A stretch of 64,000 nucleotides of DNA from Deltaproteobacteria bacterium GWB2_55_19 (GCA_001797465.1 MGPQ01000014.1:801-64800), one strand, 5' to 3'; positions 35,703 through 45,189 are shown, counted from the first letter of the stretch. Made by a program: numbers and translations. The notes: generated by a model from the sequence alone, not told the origin.

Positions 35703-35889
35703 GTCAGCACAGCCATTTGACTCTATACGGCAAGCACTCAACTGAGCGCCCATTTACTCTGCACGGGACTCAAACAGCACCTTGGTCAACTCAGCCCTTT
35801 GACTCCATACATCACTACCCAGAACCCTCTGACCGCCCGGCCTCGTCAACTCAGCCCCTATACTCACCAGCCCCGTCAACTCAGCCCCT
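35703..35889. repeat. Degenerate tandem repeats that reiterate the 3' end of ispE
   Basis: GTCAACTCAGCCC(C/T)T occurs at 35785, 35845 and 35875; the last copy contains the ispE stop codon. Related units GTCAGCACAGCCATTTGACTCTATAC and CACTCAACTGAGCGCCCATTTACTCTGCAC lie further 5' on the plus strand. Confidence 0.6.
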
Positions 35890-36733
35890 CTGCGAGGGAG
35901 ACGAAAAAATTATCCGGGAACCTTTTTCTCAAAGGCGTCAACGCCGCCTCCGCGCCCCGCCTGTCGTTGAAGACGCCAAAGACAGTAGGGCCGCTACCGG
36001 ACATGAGCGAGGCTATCGCGCCTGACTCGACGAGGGCGTTTTTAATGCCGAGGATCACCGGATACTCCCGGAGGGTTACCTCCTCAAGGTCGTTGACGAG
36101 GAGCGTTTTCAGGTCTTCAGCCTTCGCGGGGGTCTTTCCAGAATGTGTTAGAATATTATCTTCGCAATTTTTTGTCAAGTCCAAATTGCTGTAGGCCCAG
36201 GCCGTGGAGACCTGAAAACCAGGATTTATCAATATATACGCGAACTTGGGCAGATCAACCGGCTTTAGCCGTTCTCCCCTTCCCTCGGCGTATGCCGGCT
36301 TTCCCGAAATAAAGAACGGGCAGTCGGACCCGAGGGAGGCGGATAGCTCCAGCAACCTCTCATGACCGAGCCTCCCGCCTTCGAGCTCGTCAAGGGCCTT
36401 CAAAACCGTCGCCGCGTTCGACGACCCGCCGCCGAGCCCCGCGCCGACGGGGATATTCTTCTCGATCCGTATCGAGACCTTTTTTCTTACGCCGGTTGTC
36501 TTAAGATATAAGTCCGCGGCCCTGTACGCGAGGTTTGAGGAGCCATCTGGCAGCATGGGGTCTGAGCACCAGAGGGTGACGCCTTCGCCCTCGCCTGTCT
36601 CGACCGACACCCGGTCATAGAGGGAGACGGCCTGCATGAGTGTGGCGATGTCGTGGTATCCGTCGCTTCTTTTTCGGAGGACTTTAAGGAATAGGTTAAC
36701 CTTTGCCGGGGAAGAGAGGGTGAGGCTACTCAT
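35876..36733 (-). CDS. ispE: 4-diphosphocytidyl-2-C-methyl-D-erythritol kinase
   Basis: PAKVNLFLKVL and IPVGAGLGGGSSNAA (GHMP kinase motif). Confidence 0.92.
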   Translation of the reverse strand: MSSLTLSSPAKVNLFLKVLRKRSDGYHDIATLMQAVSLYDRVSVETGEGEGVTLWCSDPMLPDGSSNLAYRAADLYLKTTGVRKKVSIRIEKNIPVGAGLGGGSSNAATVLKALDELEGGRLGHERLLELSASLGSDCPFFISGKPAYAEGRGERLKPVDLPKFAYILINPGFQVSTAWAYSNLDLTKNCEDNILTHSGKTPAKAEDLKTLLVNDLEEVTLREYPVILGIKNALVESGAIASLMSGSGPTVFGVFNDRRGAEAALTPLRKRFPDNFFVSLAEGLS

Positions 36734-37001
36734 CCAGCTTGAAGTCTACGCGCTTTCTTTCGTTGCTTTCCCAGCGCGCGCCTCCTAAGAAGAACCCGAG
36801 GAGCGAAAAATTGGTCGTCGCGTCGAACGGGAGCCTCCACCATTGCCTGTTGCCGGTATCCGGGGGCTCCGTGGGTTCTGCGTGGGCGTCGTCGGCGTGG
36901 GCGTGGGAATCGTGCTCGTCGTGGCCTCCTCCGTGGAGAAGGAGGTCGTCGTGGGCGTCCCCGTGCCCGCCGTGTCCGTGGTTGTCGTCGTGGCCTGCCA
37001 T
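36726..37001 (-). CDS. His/Asp-rich small protein of unknown function
   Basis: 91 aa: MAGHDDNHGHGGHGDAHDDLLLHGGGHDEHDSHAHADDAHAE... followed by WWRLPFDATTNFSLLGFFLGGARW. GGAG SD. It exactly fills the nuoN-ispE gap and overlaps the ispE start by 8 nt. Confidence 0.5.
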   Translation of the reverse strand: MAGHDDNHGHGGHGDAHDDLLLHGGGHDEHDSHAHADDAHAEPTEPPDTGNRQWWRLPFDATTNFSLLGFFLGGARWESNERKRVDFKLDE

Positions 37002-37012
37002 ATCGCGCTCCG

Positions 37013-38455
37013 TTACATTAATAAGGGTCTTACGGCCTTTACAGCCATGTCGATGAATGGTGCGGGGTATACGCCGAGGAAGACCGTCCCTACCGCCGTG
37101 CAGAAGAGCACTATATTATAAATAACCCCGGACGCGGGGGCTATCTCCGCGCCGGGGTCCGGTTCCTTCATGTACATGTAGAATATGACCTTCGCGTAGA
37201 AGAAGAGCGATATCGCGGTGGACACGACACCTATGGACGCGAGCCAGTAGTACTTCGCGTCTATCGCGGCGGACAGGATAAAGAACTTCGCGGCAAACCC
37301 TCCGGTCGGAGGGATGCCGGCGAGGGACAGGAGAAAGAGCGCCATGAGGAACGCAAGGAGCGGCCTTGTCGTCGAGAGCCCCTTGTACTCGTCGATGTTC
37401 TCGAACCTGCCCTTGTTCCTGAAGAGCGCGACTATCGTGAACGCGCCCATGTTCATGAAGGCGTATACGAGGAGGTAGTAGGCGACACCCGCGAGCCCGG
37501 TATCGTTAAAGACGATGAGGCCTATCATTATTATTCCGGCGTGGGCGATCGACGAGTACGCGAGCATCCTTACGATGTTTCTCTGCGATATGGCGACGAC
37601 GGCCCCGAATATCATGGTCGCCGCCGAGATGATCCATAGCATCGAGGACCAGTCCGCCTGGAACGCCGGGAATGCCGCGGTAAAGACCCTTAGGAAGGCC
37701 GCGAAGGCCGCGGCCTTCGAGCCGACCGAGAGCAATGCGGTCACCGGCGTGGGCGCGCCCTCGTATACGTCGGGCGACCACATGTGGAACGGCACCGCCG
37801 CTATCTTGAAGCCGAAACCAACGGCCATGAGGATGATGCCGAGCGTAAGGTATGTGTTATCGCCCTTGCCGAGCTCTCCGGCTATCTCCATGAAGTTGGT
37901 GGACCCCGCCGCGCCGTAGGCGAATGACATGCCGTAGAGGAGTATGCCTGAAGACAGCGCGCCGAGGACGAAGTACTTGAGCGCCCCTTCAACGGACCTT
38001 GAGCTCTTCACCCTGTAAGCGACGAGTATGTAGAAGGAGAGCGCCATGAGTTCGAGCCCGACGTAGACGTTAATAAGGTCGTTCGCCGCGCCCATTACCA
38101 TCATGCCGACTGTCGCGAAGAGGATTATATGGTAGTACTCGCCCCTGTCGACGCCTATTTTCCTGAGATAGTCCATCGAGATGAGTATCGTGAATATCGC
38201 CGCGATTATGAATATGACGTTGAAAAACGCCGAGAAACTGTCGGCTATGATCGTGCCGCCGAATACCGGGTACGGCTCGTTAGTGTAGGCCGCGAAGGGC
38301 AGGATGCAGATGAGCCCTATGACGGACACCCAGCCGAGCGCGGCCTTGTTCTTCCTTATAAATAAGTCGAGGACAAGCACGATGAGCGCGAGCGCCGTTA
38401 CGAGTATCTCCGGCATGACCGCGTAGAAGTTTATGTTTAGTCCGGCCGGCATCAC
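37013..38455 (-). CDS. nuoN: NADH-quinone oxidoreductase subunit N
   Basis: 480-aa antiporter-like polytopic protein at the distal end of the nuo operon. Confidence 0.88.
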   Translation of the reverse strand: MMPAGLNINFYAVMPEILVTALALIVLVLDLFIRKNKAALGWVSVIGLICILPFAAYTNEPYPVFGGTIIADSFSAFFNVIFIIAAIFTILISMDYLRKIGVDRGEYYHIILFATVGMMVMGAANDLINVYVGLELMALSFYILVAYRVKSSRSVEGALKYFVLGALSSGILLYGMSFAYGAAGSTNFMEIAGELGKGDNTYLTLGIILMAVGFGFKIAAVPFHMWSPDVYEGAPTPVTALLSVGSKAAAFAAFLRVFTAAFPAFQADWSSMLWIISAATMIFGAVVAISQRNIVRMLAYSSIAHAGIIMIGLIVFNDTGLAGVAYYLLVYAFMNMGAFTIVALFRNKGRFENIDEYKGLSTTRPLLAFLMALFLLSLAGIPPTGGFAAKFFILSAAIDAKYYWLASIGVVSTAISLFFYAKVIFYMYMKEPDPGAEIAPASGVIYNIVLFCTAVGTVFLGVYPAPFIDMAVKAVRPLLM

Positions 38456-40026
38456 TCAACCTTCCTTTCGACAACTGCGGCGCCGAGCGAGGCCTGCGGC
38501 GGAATAACTTCGCCGTTGCCCTTCCTGTAGTTCGTCTCCACCTGCTCCACAAGCTTTGTCAAGGACGCGTCCATGACGTTCAGGAACGGCTTCGGGTAGA
38601 GCCCTATCCAGAATATGAGTATTATGAGAGGGGCCGTCTCTATTATTTCGCGTAGCCCCAGATCCTTGAGCCCGTGCCCGCCGGCGTAGTGGAAGTTCCC
38701 GAGGAAGACCCTCTGGAAGAGCCATATGAGGTATACCGCGCCGAGTAGGACGCCGAACGCGACAAATACCGCGTAGACCCAGTGGGCCTTGAACGCGCCT
38801 ATGAGGATAAAGAGCTCCCCGACGAACCCGTTGGTGGTCGGCAGGCCCATGGAGGAGAGGACGACTATCAGGAAAAAGACCCCGTATACCGGGAGCTCCT
38901 TAAAGAGACCCGTGTAATCGCCTATCGTCCTCGTGTGCGTCCTCTCGTATATCATGCCGACGAGGAGGAAGAGCGCTCCGGTCGATATCCCGTGATTGAG
39001 CATCTGCAGGACGCTCCCTTTGAGCCCCTCTATGTTGAATACGAATATGCCGAGCATGACGAAACCCATGTGGCTGACGCTCGAATATGCGATGAGCTTC
39101 TTTATGTCCTTCTGCGCGATAGTTACGAGCGCGCCGTAGATGATCGCGAAGAGCGAGACCCCTATCATGAGGGGCGCAAACAGCATCGAGGCGTTCGGGA
39201 GCATGGGTAGCGTGAACCGGACGAAGGCGTATGTGCCGAGCTTCAAGAGCACCGCGGCAAGGACGATAGACCCGGCCGTCGGCGCGTCCGTGTGCGCGTC
39301 CGGGAGCCAGGTGTGGAGCGGGAACATCGGCACCTTTACCGCGAACCCGAGGAAGAACGCTATAAATACCCAGAACTGGACCGCTGGCGCCACTGGCGCA
39401 AGCGAGAGTATCGTAGAATCGAAGGTATACACACCTGTGACCTTGCCGTGGTAGAAATAGACGGCAAGGATGCCGAGGAGCATAAATAAACTGCCCGCGA
39501 AAGTGAATATGAAGAACTTGATCGCCGAGTAGAACTTCCTCGCGCCGCCCCATATCCCGATTATGAAGACCATGGGGATTAGTACCGCTTCCCAGAAGAC
39601 GTAGAATAGGAAGAGGTCCATGGCCATGAAGATGCCGAGCGAGAATGTCTCGGTCAGGAGGAAAAGGGCCATGTAGCCCTTGAGCTTCGTGTTTATCTCC
39701 CTCCACGAGGCGAGGATGCAGATTATCGTCATGAAGGTCGTAAGGAGCACGAGGAGGAGGCTTATGCCATCGACCCCCATGTAGTAGGATATCCCGAACC
39801 TCTCTATCCAGACGGTCTTTTCGACCCACTGGAGGCCGGGGTCGGCCATGTCGAAGGTAAGCGGCAGATAGAGCGAGACAGCGAATGTCGCGACCGAGGT
39901 GCCGAGCGCGGTCCACTTTATGAGGTCAATCCAATCCTTCTTATAAAACAGGATGATGACGAGCGCGCCGAGCGCCGGGAGGAATGCTATCGTCGAAAGT
40001 ATGGGAAAGCCAGTAAGCCCGGTCAT
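38452..40026 (-). CDS. nuoM: NADH-quinone oxidoreductase subunit M (second tandem copy)
   Basis: 524 aa. Motifs FWEAVLIPM, HTWLPDAHTDAPTAGS and AQKDIKKLIAYSSVSHMG. Confidence 0.88.
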   Translation of the reverse strand: MTGLTGFPILSTIAFLPALGALVIILFYKKDWIDLIKWTALGTSVATFAVSLYLPLTFDMADPGLQWVEKTVWIERFGISYYMGVDGISLLLVLLTTFMTIICILASWREINTKLKGYMALFLLTETFSLGIFMAMDLFLFYVFWEAVLIPMVFIIGIWGGARKFYSAIKFFIFTFAGSLFMLLGILAVYFYHGKVTGVYTFDSTILSLAPVAPAVQFWVFIAFFLGFAVKVPMFPLHTWLPDAHTDAPTAGSIVLAAVLLKLGTYAFVRFTLPMLPNASMLFAPLMIGVSLFAIIYGALVTIAQKDIKKLIAYSSVSHMGFVMLGIFVFNIEGLKGSVLQMLNHGISTGALFLLVGMIYERTHTRTIGDYTGLFKELPVYGVFFLIVVLSSMGLPTTNGFVGELFILIGAFKAHWVYAVFVAFGVLLGAVYLIWLFQRVFLGNFHYAGGHGLKDLGLREIIETAPLIILIFWIGLYPKPFLNVMDASLTKLVEQVETNYRKGNGEVIPPQASLGAAVVERKVE

Positions 40027-41622
40027 TTAATGCGTACCTCCGTGAGCTTCGGCGTGGACGGTTTCATGCGGCTCCGCATGGCGGGCGGCTTCCGCCGCGT
40101 GCGGAGCGCGCTCCACCTTGGGGGCGTTCCTCTCGACTATCTCCGCTATGCGCGCGGTGGAAGCCGCGGAGAGCGAGAGGAAGTGCTTCGGGTAGATGCC
40201 TATCCAGAGTATGAGGCCGATTATCGGCAAAAGGACCAGGACCTCCCTCGCGTTTATGTCCTTGAGGACAAGGTTCTCCCTCCTGGTTATCTTTCCGAAT
40301 ATCACCCTCTGCGTCATCCAGAGCATGTACGCCGCGCCGAGTATCACGCCTGTGGCCGCGAATACGGCCGCCGTAACGCTCGTCTTGAAGAGGCCCATGA
40401 GTATAAGAATCTCGCCTACGAAGCCGTTCGTGCCGGGCAGGCCAATGGAGGAAAATACTATGATGAGGACGAGTGCCGAGTAGACCGGCATCACCCTGGC
40501 GATGCCCCCGAAGTCGGAGATGAGCCTCGTGTGCCTCCTCTCGTATATCATGCCTATGACGAGGAAGAGCCCGCCGGTCGATACCCCGTGGTTTATCATC
40601 TGCAATACGCCGCCGTCGATGCCCTGCTGATTTAACGCGAAGAGCCCGGCCATGACCGCGCCGAGGTGGCTCACGCTCGAGTACGCGACGAGCTTCTTTA
40701 TGTCCTTCTGCGCCATCGCGAGGAAGGCGCCGTAGACTATCCCTATTACCGCAAGGACGAGAATGAAGGGCGTAAAGGCCCTGCTGGCGTCCGCGAGCAA
40801 CGGGAGGTTGAACCTGACGAACCCGTAGGTTCCCATCTTCAAAAGTACAGCGGCAAGTATTACACTGCCTGCGGTCGGGGCCTCGACGTGCGCGTCCGGG
40901 AGCCACGTATGGAACGGGAATACCGGCACCTTTATGGCGAACCCGAGGAAGAACGTGAGGAATACCCACCACTGGAGGTTGTACGGGTACGCGACCTCGT
41001 AGAGCTTAAGGAGATTGAATGTGTACTCGCCGGTAGCGGACCCGTGCGCGTAGTAGAGGGCGAGAATGCCGACAAGCATGAAGACCGACCCGAAGAGCGT
41101 GTACAGGAAGAACTTGATGTTAGCGTAAAGCTTTCTCGGGCCTCCCCAGACGCCTATGAGGAAGAACATCGGGATAAGCCCTATCTCCCAGAACACGAAG
41201 AAGAGGATCATGTCGAGCGCGACGAAGACGCCGATCATCCCGGCCTCGAGGATCATGAGGTGTATCATGTACTCTTTCACCCGCTCATCTATCGCGGACC
41301 ACGACGCGAGTATCGCTATGGCGCTCGTAAACGTCGTGAGGAGCACGAGGAGGAGGCTTATCCCGTCCATGCCGAGGAAGTACTCGACCCCGATCCCAGG
41401 TATCCAGGCCGCCTTTTCCACGAACTGCATCTTGTAGGTCGATGAGTCGAAGTAGAAAAGGAGTATGAGCGAGATGACGAAGTTGAAGAGCGCGACCCCG
41501 AAGGCGGTCGAGCGAATCGCCTCCTTCTGCCCCGAGGGGAAGAAGAAGAGCGCTCCGGCGCCGAGGAGCGGGATGAGTATCAGTATCGAGAGTATCGGTA
41601 TGCCGAGCGCGTTTTCTATCAT
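40027..41622 (-). CDS. nuoM: NADH-quinone oxidoreductase subunit M (first tandem copy)
   Basis: 531 aa. Motifs FWEIGLIPM, HTWLPDAHVEAPTAGS and AQKDIKKLVAYSSVSHLG. It is clearly diverged from the adjacent copy and carries a His-rich C-terminal tail. Confidence 0.88.
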   Translation of the reverse strand: MIENALGIPILSILILIPLLGAGALFFFPSGQKEAIRSTAFGVALFNFVISLILLFYFDSSTYKMQFVEKAAWIPGIGVEYFLGMDGISLLLVLLTTFTSAIAILASWSAIDERVKEYMIHLMILEAGMIGVFVALDMILFFVFWEIGLIPMFFLIGVWGGPRKLYANIKFFLYTLFGSVFMLVGILALYYAHGSATGEYTFNLLKLYEVAYPYNLQWWVFLTFFLGFAIKVPVFPFHTWLPDAHVEAPTAGSVILAAVLLKMGTYGFVRFNLPLLADASRAFTPFILVLAVIGIVYGAFLAMAQKDIKKLVAYSSVSHLGAVMAGLFALNQQGIDGGVLQMINHGVSTGGLFLVIGMIYERRHTRLISDFGGIARVMPVYSALVLIIVFSSIGLPGTNGFVGEILILMGLFKTSVTAAVFAATGVILGAAYMLWMTQRVIFGKITRRENLVLKDINAREVLVLLPIIGLILWIGIYPKHFLSLSAASTARIAEIVERNAPKVERAPHAAEAARHAEPHETVHAEAHGGTH

Positions 41623-41625
41623 GCC

Positions 41626-43638
41626 TTAGCCGAGTAGGACCCTTACTATTATTATAAGCACGCCGACGACGAAGACGAGGGCGTAGTTCTGGAGGTATCC
41701 CGTCTGGAGCCTCCGCCAGATTGAACTGTTATATGTAACGAGTGTGGACATGGAGTTGACGAGCCCGTCGACTATATAGATGTCAAATTTGTGCGACGCC
41801 CATGCCGTGAGCCTCGTCGCCCACGCCGCGAAATTGACGAACCAGTCTATTACGCCGAGGTCGAAGGACAGACACCAGTCGCAGAACCTCTTTATGGGGT
41901 TCACGACGAGGTAGTCGTATATCTCGTCGATGTAGTACTTGTTGAAGAGGAGCCTGTGGAGCCCCTTGAAGCTTGAGGCTATCGCCTCCGGCCTCCAGAA
42001 CGACGGCGCGTACTTCTTCATCGGCGCGTAGTAGAGAAGGGACGCGAGGAATATGCCGGTCAGCCCGACCGCGACGGAAACGCCCATCATTATCAGTTCG
42101 AGCCCCCCGTGGACGGCCTCCGAGTGCAGCTCCTGCTCTCCGTGTGAGAATACCGGGTTAAGGAACTGGTGCGCGGCGGTCCCCTCCTCGAAGAGCGGAA
42201 TGCCGATTATGCCGCCGACCGCCGAGAGTATCGCGAGTATTATGAGCGGTATGGTCATGGAGGACGGCGACTCATGCAGGTGGTGTTTAGTGTGGTCGTC
42301 GGCCCTGCACTCGCCGGTAAAGGTCATGAAGACCTGCCTGAACATGTAAAACGCCGTCATGCCGGCGGTCAGTAGCCCGACCGCCCATATCACGAAGTGC
42401 CCCTTCTCAAAGGCCTCCCATAGTATCTCGTCCTTTGACCAGAAGCCGCTGAAGGGCGGCATTCCGGCTATGGCGAGAGCGCCTATTATAAAGGTAACGG
42501 AGGTGATCTTCATGTGCGAGTGGAGCCCGCCCATCCTCCTCATGTCCTGCTCTCCGCCCATCGCGTGTATGACCGAGCCGGAGCCGAGGAACATGAGCCC
42601 CTTGAAGAAGGCGTGGGTCATGAGGTGGAAGACCCCCGCGCCGTAGGCCCCGACGCCGACGGCCGCGAACATGTACCCGAGCTGGCTCACTGTGGAATAC
42701 GCGAGCACCTTTTTAATGTCGTTCTGGACGAGGCCCATGGTCGCGGCGAACAACGCCGTGAATATGCCGACCGAGGCGATGATGTTCCCGACGTGCGGGA
42801 TAAGCGAATAAAGGGCGTTGTTCCTCGCCACCATATAGACGCCGGCGGTGACCATCGTCGCGGCGTGTATGAGGGCGCTCACGGGTGTAGGGCCCTCCAT
42901 CGCGTCCGGGAGCCACACGTAGAGCGGCACCTGGGCGGACTTGCCGGCGGCGCCGACGAAAAGGAGGAGCCCTATGATAGTAAGTATCGCCGGGTCGATA
43001 TTATGGATGTTCTCGAAGACGGTCTTATAGTCGAGAGAGCCCGCGCCCAAGTCGGACAAGCTCCAGTAGAGGAGGAACAGTCCGAGGATGAAGCCGAAGT
43101 CGCCTATCCTGTTGACGACGAACGCCTTCTTTCCGGCGTCCGAGGCCGATTTTTTCTCGTACCAGAAGCCGATCAGGAGGTATGAGCACAGGCCCACGCC
43201 CTCCCAACCGAGGAACATGACAAGATAGTTGGAGCCCAATACCAGCATCAGCATGAAGAAGACGAAGAGGTTCAGGTAGCACATGTACCTCCAGTACGCC
43301 TTGTCGTCATGCATGTAGCCGGTCGAGTACACGTGTATGAGGAACCCGACGCCGGTTACGATAAGGATCATGAGCGCCGAGAGCGGGTCTATGAGGAAGG
43401 CCATGTCCACGCTGAAGGACCCGCTCGCTATCCAGGAGAAGAAGGAAACGACGACCGACCTCTCGGTCGCGGGCAACAGCATGAGCTTATAGAACGTGCA
43501 TATTGACACGACGAAGGCCGCGGCCATGACGAGGCACGCGATGAGCCCCACCGCCCTCTTCGGGAGCTTGGACCCTATAACCCCGTTTACGGTCGCGCCC
43601 AGGAGCGGCAGGAGCGGTATCAGGAATACGAATTCCAT
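41626..43638 (-). CDS. nuoL: NADH-quinone oxidoreductase subunit L (long form, 670 aa)
   Basis: Antiporter-like core (WLPDAMEGPTPVSALIHAATMVTAG, KKVLAYSTVSQLGYM) plus an extended C-terminal region. Confidence 0.9.
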   Translation of the reverse strand: MEFVFLIPLLPLLGATVNGVIGSKLPKRAVGLIACLVMAAAFVVSICTFYKLMLLPATERSVVVSFFSWIASGSFSVDMAFLIDPLSALMILIVTGVGFLIHVYSTGYMHDDKAYWRYMCYLNLFVFFMLMLVLGSNYLVMFLGWEGVGLCSYLLIGFWYEKKSASDAGKKAFVVNRIGDFGFILGLFLLYWSLSDLGAGSLDYKTVFENIHNIDPAILTIIGLLLFVGAAGKSAQVPLYVWLPDAMEGPTPVSALIHAATMVTAGVYMVARNNALYSLIPHVGNIIASVGIFTALFAATMGLVQNDIKKVLAYSTVSQLGYMFAAVGVGAYGAGVFHLMTHAFFKGLMFLGSGSVIHAMGGEQDMRRMGGLHSHMKITSVTFIIGALAIAGMPPFSGFWSKDEILWEAFEKGHFVIWAVGLLTAGMTAFYMFRQVFMTFTGECRADDHTKHHLHESPSSMTIPLIILAILSAVGGIIGIPLFEEGTAAHQFLNPVFSHGEQELHSEAVHGGLELIMMGVSVAVGLTGIFLASLLYYAPMKKYAPSFWRPEAIASSFKGLHRLLFNKYYIDEIYDYLVVNPIKRFCDWCLSFDLGVIDWFVNFAAWATRLTAWASHKFDIYIVDGLVNSMSTLVTYNSSIWRRLQTGYLQNYALVFVVGVLIIIVRVLLG

Positions 43639-43640
43639 CG

Positions 43641-43946
43641 TTAACCCCTCATCTCGTCAAGCTCGTCGACGTAGGCCGTCTGGCGCCGCCGGTACACGGC
43701 GACGAGTATGGCAAGGCCTATGGCCGCCTCGGCCGCCGCTATGGTGATGCTGAATACGACGAATATCGTCCCGTTCAGGTTCTGGAGGAAGTACGAGAAC
43801 GCCGCGAGGCTGATGTTCACGGAGTTGAATATGAGTTCGAGCGACATGAGCACTATGATGATGTTCCTGCGGAGCAGCACCCCGGCGATGCCCACGAGGA
43901 ACAGGATGAAACTCAGGACCAGGTAGTGTGTGAGTGTAAGCGCCAT
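43641..43946 (-). CDS. nuoK: NADH-quinone oxidoreductase subunit K
   Basis: 101 aa, 3 TM, with the AAAEAAIGLAILV motif. Confidence 0.9.
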   Translation of the reverse strand: MALTLTHYLVLSFILFLVGIAGVLLRRNIIIVLMSLELIFNSVNISLAAFSYFLQNLNGTIFVVFSITIAAAEAAIGLAILVAVYRRRQTAYVDELDEMRG

Positions 43947-44467
43947 CAGCCCTTGTTCTCCTTGCCCTGCCCGCTCATGACGAGGACGACCGCGCCGATA
44001 AGCGCTATCAAAAGCAGGATGGATACTATCTCGAACGGGAATATGTAGCTCGTGTAGAGCGACTTCCCTATGACCTCGGTGTTTTTCATAAGCGCCGGCT
44101 CGTCAAAAGGCCCGAGCGGCGCGGTTATCTTTCCGGATACTACGAGTATCCCCATGACGACGAAGAGCCCGGCTATGGCGGCAAGCGCAGGGACCGTCTG
44201 GCCGTGGAAGCGCTCCCTGAACTGCTCTCTCCCGATGTCGAGGACGAGGACCGCGAAAAGGAACAATACCATTATCGCGCCTACGTAAATGAAGAGCTGC
44301 ACCGCGGCCAGGAACGGCGAACGGAGCAGTATGTATATCGCCGCGACCTGCAGGAAGCAGACGATCAGGTAGAAGGCGCTGTGGACCGGGTTCCTAACGG
44401 AAATCACCAGCACCGCTGAAACGACCGCCGCTATGGCAAACATGTAGAAGAAAAACTGCTCCATCAC
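43946..44467 (-). CDS. nuoJ: NADH-quinone oxidoreductase subunit J
   Basis: 173-aa membrane protein. Call rests on operon position and ND6-like composition. Confidence 0.85.
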   Translation of the reverse strand: MMEQFFFYMFAIAAVVSAVLVISVRNPVHSAFYLIVCFLQVAAIYILLRSPFLAAVQLFIYVGAIMVLFLFAVLVLDIGREQFRERFHGQTVPALAAIAGLFVVMGILVVSGKITAPLGPFDEPALMKNTEVIGKSLYTSYIFPFEIVSILLLIALIGAVVLVMSGQGKENKG

Positions 44468-44483
44468 CCTTCTCTTTCCTTGG

Positions 44484-44582
44484 CAGGCCGCACAAGAAGT
44501 CCACCTGCTTTATTGTCATCGGCGCTCGTAACTGCGGCGTACAAAAGAGTACGCCTCGCTCCGATGCTTTTTGCGCAACCTG
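44484..44582. repeat. Long imperfect palindromic repeat, copy C (inverted, with a 13-nt deletion) between nuoI and nuoJ
   Basis: The reverse complement, CAGGTTGCGCAAAAAGCATCGGAGCGAGGCGTAC-tctttt-GTACGCCGCAGTTACGAGCGCC..AAAGCAGGTGGACTT..GCGGCCTG, aligns with copies A and B. Confidence 0.75.
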
Positions 44583-44605
44583 AACAAAATCAGTTCCTGC
44601 GACCG

Positions 44606-45178
44606 TTAAAGCGGCCTCTTCCTCGTATTCGAGAGGTCCACCTTAACCTTTATGCCCCTCTTGGAGCGGAGGAACTCGGACTTCGCTATCACCCCGCCCT
44701 CGAACGACTCGGGGACCTGTACGGGTTTCAGGAGATCTTCCCTCTGCCTTACCGTGCAACTCAAGTCCGTGCAGGCGAGCTCGTATTCGCGGCTCAAGCG
44801 CACCGCGCGCGTCGGGCACGCGTCCTCGCAGTACCCGCAATACAGGCACCTGACAAGGTCTACCTTCCAGACCTTCGCAACCCTGTCGGCGATGCCCCTG
44901 CCGGTGTCGTCCTCCATCGGGATGACGGTTATGCACTGGGTCGGGCAGGCCTTGGAGCATAGCTCGCAGGCCACGCATAGCTCCTTGCCTGTCTCGGTCC
45001 TGTTCAGCGTGTGGACGCCCCTGAAACGCCTGTACGGGACCCACTTCTCCTCGTCCGGGTACTTGTGCGTGATCGACTTCGACACGTTGTACCCGAGCGT
45101 GACCGTAAGGCCCTTCACGAAATCCGTAAAGAGGACCCTTTTTATAAGTTCAAGTATGCGGCCCTTGTCTTCTGCCAT
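44606..45178 (-). CDS. nuoI: NADH-quinone oxidoreductase subunit I
   Basis: Two 4Fe-4S motifs: CVACELCSKACP and CLYCGYCEDACP. Confidence 0.92.
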   Translation of the reverse strand: MAEDKGRILELIKRVLFTDFVKGLTVTLGYNVSKSITHKYPDEEKWVPYRRFRGVHTLNRTETGKELCVACELCSKACPTQCITVIPMEDDTGRGIADRVAKVWKVDLVRCLYCGYCEDACPTRAVRLSREYELACTDLSCTVRQREDLLKPVQVPESFEGGVIAKSEFLRSKRGIKVKVDLSNTRKRPL

Positions 45179-45189
45179 TTTGCCTGTCC

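Noticed and set aside
35703-35889. Possible CRISPR array near ispE/tRNA-Gln
   Set aside because: The repeat units are degenerate and of variable length with no unique spacers. One unit is the ispE coding end. No cas genes are in the window.
38452-41622. Tandem nuoM genes as an assembly duplication artefact
   Set aside because: The two copies differ throughout at both protein and DNA level, with different N- and C-termini. They are true paralogues.
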